From Nitrospinaceae bacterium UBA7883 (lineage in GTDB: Bacteria > Nitrospinota_A > UBA7883), in assembly GCA_002500605.1 (NCBI GenBank), contig DLRR01000002.1, positions 74,299 to 138,298 of the forward strand: 64,000 bases of DNA. Direction: 5' to 3'. Position numbers and translations under genes: made by a program. Of the stretch, positions 57,752-64,000 are shown piece after piece. How positions within the stretch are numbered: the stretch's first letter is position 1; every line of letters starts with the position of its first letter. A model generated the notes under the pieces. It worked only from the letters and a program-made list of their open reading frames with translations. It did no database searches and was not told the origin of the DNA.

Positions 57752-59014
57752 TTACTCCAGATATTCCGGTATTACTTCACCATTTACCAAATCCTCAACC
57801 TTCTCCCTAGCACGGACCACATCGAACCTATCGCCATTTACCATAACTTCGGCTACACGTGGACGAGAATTGTAGTTTGATGACATAGAAAAGCCATATG
57901 CACCAGAACTCATAATAGACATGAGGTCTCCCGGTTTATAATTGGGTAAAGTTCTATCCTTAGCCAAAAAATCACCTGACTCACAAATCGGTCCAACAAT
58001 ATCAGCTACAATTTTTTCACGGGCATTAACTTCCATCTCTACCGGGGCAATTCCATGATAACTGTTATAAAGACTTGGTCTGGCAAGATCATTCATAGCT
58101 GCGTCTACTATAAAGAATGTTTTATCGTCATTCTTTTTTGAGTAAAGCACGGTCGCAACTAAAATGCCGGCATTTCCAACAATAACACGGCCTGGTTCAA
58201 AAATTATTGTACAACCGCTCTTTAATAATAGCGGTTCAATTGCTTTGGCTAAGTCATTTGGTTGTGGTGGAGCTTCATCTTCATAGGTGATGCCTAGCCC
58301 GCCACCAATGTCTATGTACTTTATGTTGATGCCGCCTTCTTTCAACTTTTCAACAATATCAATTGTTTTCTCTAAAGCATCAACAAAAGGAGAGACCATG
58401 GTTATCTGTGAGCCAATGTGCTTGTGTACCCCTACCACATCAATGTTTTTTAAGCTAATTGCCAGTTTGTATTCCTCCAAAACAGTGGTATGGCTAATAC
58501 CAAATTTATTTTCCTTCAACCCTGTTGATACATAAGGGTGGGTTTGTGGATCAACATTAGGGTTAATACGAAGTGCAATCGGCGCCTTAACTCCCATCTC
58601 AGAAGCAATTGAGTCTATCGTCAACAGCTCTTGGCTCGACTCGACGTTAAACATTAATATTCCAGCTTTGAGTGCACTGATTATCTCTTGGCGAGTTTTG
58701 CCAACACCTGCGTATACAATTTTCCCTGGTGGTATACCTGCTTTTTGTGCCCTATAAAGCTCACCGCCAGATACAATGTCCGCACCGCCCCCTTGTCTGG
58801 CAAACAATTTTAATACAGCAAGATTGCTGTTAGCCTTTACTGCAAAACAAACTATATGCGGAACTTTTTCAAAGGAATGGTCGAACACATTATAGTGCCT
58901 CAATAAAGTACCGTGGCTATAGCAGTAAAATGGCGTTCCTACTTCTTCGGCAATTTTCTTTATTGGCACTTCTTCACAATAGAGTTCACCTAAGCGATAA
59001 TCAAAATAATGCAT
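57752..59014 (-). CDS. lysA: Diaminopimelate decarboxylase
   Basis: PLP fold-type III with 'FAVKAN' lysine, 'GGGLG' and 'EPGR'. Confidence 0.9.
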   Translation of the reverse strand: MHYFDYRLGELYCEEVPIKKIAEEVGTPFYCYSHGTLLRHYNVFDHSFEKVPHIVCFAVKANSNLAVLKLFARQGGGADIVSGGELYRAQKAGIPPGKIVYAGVGKTRQEIISALKAGILMFNVESSQELLTIDSIASEMGVKAPIALRINPNVDPQTHPYVSTGLKENKFGISHTTVLEEYKLAISLKNIDVVGVHKHIGSQITMVSPFVDALEKTIDIVEKLKEGGINIKYIDIGGGLGITYEDEAPPQPNDLAKAIEPLLLKSGCTIIFEPGRVIVGNAGILVATVLYSKKNDDKTFFIVDAAMNDLARPSLYNSYHGIAPVEMEVNAREKIVADIVGPICESGDFLAKDRTLPNYKPGDLMSIMSSGAYGFSMSSNYNSRPRVAEVMVNGDRFDVVRAREKVEDLVNGEVIPEYLE

Positions 59015-59135
59015 GTCTTAGTCACAAAATCCTTTCTGTTGGAATTATCAAGACAATCGTCTCCTATCCTTTCAAGACAGTTAGATAATGATTAATAAAA
59101 GTCCCGCTGTCAACTTTAGTGGTAGTTGGTGTTTA

Positions 59136-59936
59136 TTAATAGAACAGCAAGCTAGAACGAGTCACAAGACCCAAGTCTTCGGCAGACCTTAGAAAATAAG
59201 TCAACCCTTCTATTTGTTCATGCCCTAAATCGAAAAAAATTTTAGTTGTGAGGTAATCTAAGAACTTTTCCGATGTGATTCCCGCTGCATAAGTTGCATT
59301 ACTCTCCTGTCTAGCAATCAGGTCCAAATTTGCTAAACCTGTCTCCTTAGCTTTCACTAGTGCTTCAACAGCACTATCCCACCTCTCTCCCTTCTTTGCA
59401 CAAAGCACAGCATGGGTAAAAGAGCGTCTTGTATGTTGGTACCATAACTCCCCTAAGTCGTAAACAGCGTATCTTCTTCGGTCGATTCGAAAAGCTTCAT
59501 CGCCTATCACCAACCCGGCATCAGCTGAATTTAGCATCAATTCGGGTTTCTCTTCCCCAGTTTTGATTGATAAGCTTTTCCCCCATTTTTCGTGGAAAAG
59601 GACTTCTAGCATGGAAACCGACGTTCGTGATTTAGGATCGACAGAAACCGTCTCTATGTTCTCTATTTCTATCTTGCTGAACAGCAGCACAGTATCCACC
59701 CTGCCTAAGGAGGCAATGCATATTTGTGGGATGATCACTGCTTCTTCTATACGTGCATATTCGACGGAGGGAATCATGGCAATATCCAACTCACCCGATG
59801 AAAATCTATCTGCCAAGCGTGACGGTGAATCAATGATTAGTTCGAATGGTGTTTCCACCAACCCGTGCAGTATTGGATTTATAATTGGCTTCGAATTAAG
59901 GAAATCGTGAATACCCACACGCGGTCGCATTGGCAT
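59136..59936 (-). CDS. mqnA: Chorismate dehydratase MqnA (futalosine pathway, VitK2_biosynth/PBP fold)
   Basis: 'RVGIHDFLNSKPI' start typical of MqnA/MqnD-family proteins. 266 aa. Confidence 0.65.
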   Translation of the reverse strand: MPMRPRVGIHDFLNSKPIINPILHGLVETPFELIIDSPSRLADRFSSGELDIAMIPSVEYARIEEAVIIPQICIASLGRVDTVLLFSKIEIENIETVSVDPKSRTSVSMLEVLFHEKWGKSLSIKTGEEKPELMLNSADAGLVIGDEAFRIDRRRYAVYDLGELWYQHTRRSFTHAVLCAKKGERWDSAVEALVKAKETGLANLDLIARQESNATYAAGITSEKFLDYLTTKIFFDLGHEQIEGLTYFLRSAEDLGLVTRSSLLFY

Positions 59937-59942
59937 TTTCTA

Positions 59943-61031
59943 TTATACAATACCAACGACATTGTACACAGTGTCTCGTTCCACTGGACTCCTTCCTGCT
60001 TCATGAACCAGTTCCTCCAGTCTTTGTTTAGTGAGACCTTGGTTGGTAGTGGCTCCAGCTGCATGGGTGATTTTCTCCTCTACTACGGTACCGTCCAAAT
60101 CATCAGCACCGAACGAAAGTGAAATTTGTGCCAGTTTTTCTCCAGTCATTATCCAAAACGCTTTTATATGCGGAAAATTATCAAGCATCAGTCTAGACAT
60201 CGCGATCATTTTAAGATCCATTACGCCAGATGTCCTTCCTATTTCCTCATACGCAGTATTCCTTGGGTGAAATGCCAAAGGGATGAATGTTAGAAATCCT
60301 CCCGAACGGTCTTGGGCTTCTCGTAAAAGTAATAGGTGGTCCACGCGGTCCTCAGCAGATTCTATATGCCCATAAAGCATGGTTGCATTTGTATTGAGAC
60401 CTATATCATGAGCAGTTTTATGAACTGCAAGCCACTCTTTTCCATCAATTTTTTCAGGGCAAATCTTTTTCCGTACCCGATTGCTGAATATTTCTGCTCC
60501 ACCACCAGGCAGAGAGCCAAGCCCAGCATTTTTTAGCTCTTCAAGCACCACTCGTGTCGATTTTCCGGATATCATGCTTAAGTGAACTATCTCAACAGCA
60601 GTAAAGGCTTGCAAGTGAACATTAGGAAATTCACCACGAAGGCTGCTAATCATTTCAACGTAGTAACTATAGGGTAAGGTTGGATGTAATCCGCCTACAA
60701 TATGAAATTCGGAGAAATTTTCTCCATCATGCATATGGGCTTCCTCTAACACCTTATCGATCATCATGGTATATGCATCATCGTCTTCTGCTTTACGGCT
60801 AAATGCACAGAATTTGCACGAGTTCACACATACATTGGTGTGGTTTATATGGCGGTTGGAAATGAAGTAAGCAGCGGAACCATTTATCCGCTCCCGTACA
60901 ATGTTTGCAAGGTGCCCCACGCCTAGCAAATCAGCTGAATTATCTATCATCAGCCCATCTTCATAATCAAGACGGTTACCAGATTCTACCTTTTCGGCGA
61001 TTTTAATTAGATTATTGTCTGTAAACTTCAC
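59943..61031 (-). CDS. Radical SAM enzyme, MqnC/MqnE family (futalosine pathway)
   Basis: 'CVNSCKFCAF' CxxxCxxC cluster motif. 362 aa, adjacent to mqnA. Confidence 0.7.
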   Translation of the reverse strand: MKFTDNNLIKIAEKVESGNRLDYEDGLMIDNSADLLGVGHLANIVRERINGSAAYFISNRHINHTNVCVNSCKFCAFSRKAEDDDAYTMMIDKVLEEAHMHDGENFSEFHIVGGLHPTLPYSYYVEMISSLRGEFPNVHLQAFTAVEIVHLSMISGKSTRVVLEELKNAGLGSLPGGGAEIFSNRVRKKICPEKIDGKEWLAVHKTAHDIGLNTNATMLYGHIESAEDRVDHLLLLREAQDRSGGFLTFIPLAFHPRNTAYEEIGRTSGVMDLKMIAMSRLMLDNFPHIKAFWIMTGEKLAQISLSFGADDLDGTVVEEKITHAAGATTNQGLTKQRLEELVHEAGRSPVERDTVYNVVGIV

Positions 61032-61176
61032 TACTATAAACTCAGAAGTTTTTAATGAAAAAGCTCTTTGTTTAATTCTAGCCCTACAACACTTGGTTTA
61101 CAAGGAGAGACAGTGAGGGCAGGACCATCAAGTCAGCATTAAAAATTTCTTTGGTGGCTAATCATTTTAAGTTGAT

Positions 61177-62049
61177 TTAGCCCTTCGCAAGAATCATTAC
61201 ATCCAAAATTGTAAATACCATAAGACCTAAAGAAACAACACCGTTCACCCTGAAGAAGGCCATGTTTACCTTGCTTAAGTCATTTACGCTAACAAGAGAG
61301 TGCTCATAAAACAGCATACATGCAGTAAAAATAACTCCAGCTGCATAAAGCCATGATAGATTGGAAAGAAAAGCCACAACGACAAGCATAACAACCATGA
61401 AAAAATGAAAAACACTGGCCATTATAAGAGCATTATTTAACCCAAAACGTTGAGGAATAGAGTTTAACTTTAGTTTTTTGTCGTGCTCTACGTCTTGACA
61501 AGAATAAATAGTGTCTAGCCCAGCCAACCAAAAAACGACCACCACTCCTAGCGTTACTGATACTATAGAGAACTCTTCTCGTACAGCTATCCACGCACCA
61601 ATCGGTGCCAAAGCCAAGGCAGTTCCAAGGAAAAAATGTGAAAAAATAGTAAACCGTTTTGTAAATGAGTAGAAAAAAATAACTGCTAGCGCTGGTACTG
61701 AGAGATGAAAGGCTAACTGGTTGGTAAACCAGCATGTGGTAATAAACCCTGCGGAGCAAAAAACAATAAATACTACATAGTCTGGGCTAAAGCCAGTGTT
61801 GGCTGCTAGTACACGATTTTTTGTCCTGGGGTTACTACGGTCGAACTTGGCATCTGCATAACGATTAAAAGCCATGGCTGCTGATCGGGCGAAAAACATA
61901 CCAAGAATGATGAGTAAAAATAGCCTCCACCCAGGCCAGCCGCCTGCCGCTATAAAAGAACTCATAATGGCAAACGGAAGTGCAAAAATGGAGTGCTGTA
62001 TTTTAATATCATCAAGAATCATGGTTAGTCGTTTGATGGGATTGAGCAT
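61177..62049 (-). CDS. UbiA-family prenyltransferase (MqnP/MenA-like, menaquinone prenylation)
   Basis: 'NRYADAKFD' Asp-rich motif and 8-9 TM helices. It is clustered with the mqn genes. Confidence 0.75.
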   Translation of the reverse strand: MLNPIKRLTMILDDIKIQHSIFALPFAIMSSFIAAGGWPGWRLFLLIILGMFFARSAAMAFNRYADAKFDRSNPRTKNRVLAANTGFSPDYVVFIVFCSAGFITTCWFTNQLAFHLSVPALAVIFFYSFTKRFTIFSHFFLGTALALAPIGAWIAVREEFSIVSVTLGVVVVFWLAGLDTIYSCQDVEHDKKLKLNSIPQRFGLNNALIMASVFHFFMVVMLVVVAFLSNLSWLYAAGVIFTACMLFYEHSLVSVNDLSKVNMAFFRVNGVVSLGLMVFTILDVMILAKG

Positions 62050-62052
62050 GAT

Positions 62053-64000
62053 TTAGCGCTTTATACCTACAGGCTTCAATTTTGCGAATTTTTTAACTAG
62101 TTTCTTAGAACCATAACGAGGGAAATAAACGGTTATTTTACTTTTGTCTCCCTTTCCATCAATGGCTCTTATCACACCAACGCCAAAGCTTGGATGAGCA
62201 ACTTTTATTCCGGGTTCATATCCATCCATAGAATTGGCAAATAGTTTTTCAGATTGATGGCCAATACCATGGTCTGGTACAAACTTTTGTAATGGCTCGT
62301 TACAAGGCGAATATTGTTTAATAGAAGCTGATGATTTTATTCCTTCCGAGTACTCTTTGCACTCAGTAGTCTCCGTGGGTAAGTCAGCAAGGAATGGAGA
62401 GGGCATGTTGGTCTGTGATATCCCTAACAGACGACGTGAAAGAGCATGGCTTAGAAACAGTTTTTCCTTGGCCCTCGTCATAGCAACATACAGCAATCTA
62501 CGTTCCTCTTGCATCTGCAGTGGATCATCCTTACTCCTTGCGTGAGGAAACAAATTATCCTCCATCCCAGTAATGAAAACCATTGGAAACTCAAGGCCTT
62601 TGCTTATGTGAATGGTCATTAACTTTACTGTTCCGGTATTCTGATCAACCATGTCTGCATCTGCCATTAGCGCAGTCTGGTCTAGAAAAGATAATATCGA
62701 AATGTTACCGGTTCTTTCTGAAAACTCAGCGGCGGCGGAAACTAGCTCATTGAGGTTTTCTATCCTCGAAAGTGATTCACTGTTGTTGTCGGCTAGCAGC
62801 CATCGCATGTATCCACTTTCCTCCATAGCCCTGGAAATAGCTTCGGAAGACTCGTATGATCCGGCAAAGGTTCTTATACTTGAAAGCACCTCACGAAAGC
62901 CTTCTAACTTGGCCTTAGCCGTAGAAGACAATTCATGTACAGAAGAAATATTATCTAGCATCACTCCCATGGGAACACCATCAGCAGCAGCTTGGTGCTC
63001 CAATTTTTCAATAGTTACTGCACCAATTCCACGCGGAGGTGTGTTTATAATTCGTTTTAGGTTTACTGTGTCAAATGGGTTTAGAGCTGCACGAAAATAA
63101 GCCAGGATGTCTTTAACCTCCTTTCGCTCATAAAATTTTAATCCGCCGTATATTTGGTAAGCAAGTCCACCGTTCCTAAGGCCATCTTCTATGGCTCTTG
63201 ACTGGGAATTGGTTCTATAAAACACTGCCACGTCGGAAAGCCTAAGACCGTCACTTTTTACTGTCGAAAGTATTGTTTTAACGACGAATGATGCTTCCGC
63301 AGTCTCATCCAATGCGGTTTTTAAGGTAACTTTATCCCCCTCCTCATTCTCTGTCCACAACCGCTTATCCTTTCTATCAGGGTTGCGTGATATAACAGCG
63401 GATGCCGCAGAAATAATGTTTGATGTAGAGCGATAGTTTTGCTCAAGCAATACAACTTTAGTTTCGGGGAAATCATTCTCAAAACTCAAAATATTGCCTA
63501 CATTAGCTCCGCGCCACTGATAAATCGATTGATCATCATCCCCTACAACGCAAATATTTTTATCACCATTGACCAACAGGCGTATTAGATTGTACTGGAC
63601 AACATTTGAATCTTGAAACTCATCAATTAGAATATGCTGGAATTTGTTACGGTATTCTAAACAAAGATTTTGATTATTTTGAAGCATTTCCACTGTCTTT
63701 ATTAGCAAGTCGTCGAAGTCCATCACCTTGGCTTCCCGCAAATTGTCCTCATATCTTTGGAATATCAATACAAATTCGTGGTTCCACGGAAATCGCTTTT
63801 CTTCTTCTGCATCAACCGGATTTTTCATCTTGTTTTTGAATTTTGAGATTTTAGAAAGAATCTCCCGGGCTGGATATTTTTTTTCCTCTAAGTTTAAATC
63901 TTTCAGAATGGTTTTTATGAGTCGTTTCTGGTCTTGCGCATCGTAAACTGCAAAATCACGAGGATAGTTTATAAATTCATGGTGTTTTCTCAAAAGCCTA
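62053..64000 (-). CDS. UvrD/PcrA/Rep-family ATP-dependent DNA helicase (5' end beyond window)
   Basis: SF1 helicase motifs: 'VVGDDDQSIYQWRGA', 'NYRST' and 'MTIHISKGLEFP'. The Walker A N-terminus is not within the window. Confidence 0.85.
   Translation of the reverse strand, partial: RLLRKHHEFINYPRDFAVYDAQDQKRLIKTILKDLNLEEKKYPAREILSKISKFKNKMKNPVDAEEEKRFPWNHEFVLIFQRYEDNLREAKVMDFDDLLIKTVEMLQNNQNLCLEYRNKFQHILIDEFQDSNVVQYNLIRLLVNGDKNICVVGDDDQSIYQWRGANVGNILSFENDFPETKVVLLEQNYRSTSNIISAASAVISRNPDRKDKRLWTENEEGDKVTLKTALDETAEASFVVKTILSTVKSDGLRLSDVAVFYRTNSQSRAIEDGLRNGGLAYQIYGGLKFYERKEVKDILAYFRAALNPFDTVNLKRIINTPPRGIGAVTIEKLEHQAAADGVPMGVMLDNISSVHELSSTAKAKLEGFREVLSSIRTFAGSYESSEAISRAMEESGYMRWLLADNNSESLSRIENLNELVSAAAEFSERTGNISILSFLDQTALMADADMVDQNTGTVKLMTIHISKGLEFPMVFITGMEDNLFPHARSKDDPLQMQEERRLLYVAMTRAKEKLFLSHALSRRLLGISQTNMPSPFLADLPTETTECKEYSEGIKSSASIKQYSPCNEPLQKFVPDHGIGHQSEKLFANSMDGYEPGIKVAHPSFGVGVIRAIDGKGDKSKITVYFPRYGSKKLVKKFAKLKPVGIKR

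Noticed and set aside
1-64000. CRISPR arrays, rRNA operons, IS elements/integrases, phage genes
   Set aside because: Scanning the sequence and the ORF translations showed no regularly spaced direct repeats and no transposase, integrase, capsid or terminase-like proteins.

Overview
A roughly 40% GC bacterial chromosomal segment, densely coding on both strands, with about 70 genes and mostly housekeeping content. The genes found are: mogA, tatA, rlpA, a sigma-54 NtrC-type regulator, galT-like and glgA, mutL, pyrE, yceD-rpmF-plsX-fabH, mltG-ruvX, a bioH-bioC-bioD/A(fused) operon, rsmD, trpF, coaX-birA, ruvB, ispE, prfB, modABC, dapA/dapF/lysA, a mqnA/radical-SAM/UbiA futalosine cluster, and a partial uvrD/pcrA helicase at the 3' edge. 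The AhbA/AhbB-type siroheme decarboxylase pair, the futalosine menaquinone genes, the sigma-54 activator and an apparent selenoprotein together suggest an anaerobic, deltaproteobacterium-like (Desulfobacterota/Nitrospirota-type) host. This is inference only. No CRISPR array, rRNA, complete tRNA, integrase or transposase was seen. The regions that look non-routine are described below. (1) An Rrf2/NsrR-like repressor is divergent from a heme-copper oxidase-family operon: CuA subunit II, a subunit I that lacks the cross-link tyrosine, SCO1, a membrane protein and an FNT channel. An NsrR-type inverted repeat sits in the promoter. This is probably an uncharacterised NO-reductase-type detoxification module. 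(2) A GrdB/PrdB-like ORF is split by an in-frame TGA followed by a SECIS-like hairpin, making it a candidate selenoprotein. A cysteine-desulfurase-family plus DUF3343 pair elsewhere in the window is a plausible Se/S-trafficking partner. (3) prfB carries the classical programmed +1 frameshift. (4) There are several unannotated protein pairs: a PilZ-like protein with a lysine-rich protein, an Hda-like ATPase with a zinc-ribbon membrane protein, an ECF sigma/anti-sigma/Spy-like triad, and a large TPR protein. (5) There is a tRNA 3'-half-like remnant. All calls rest on reading the translated ORFs and the nucleotide sequence by eye. No database search was run.
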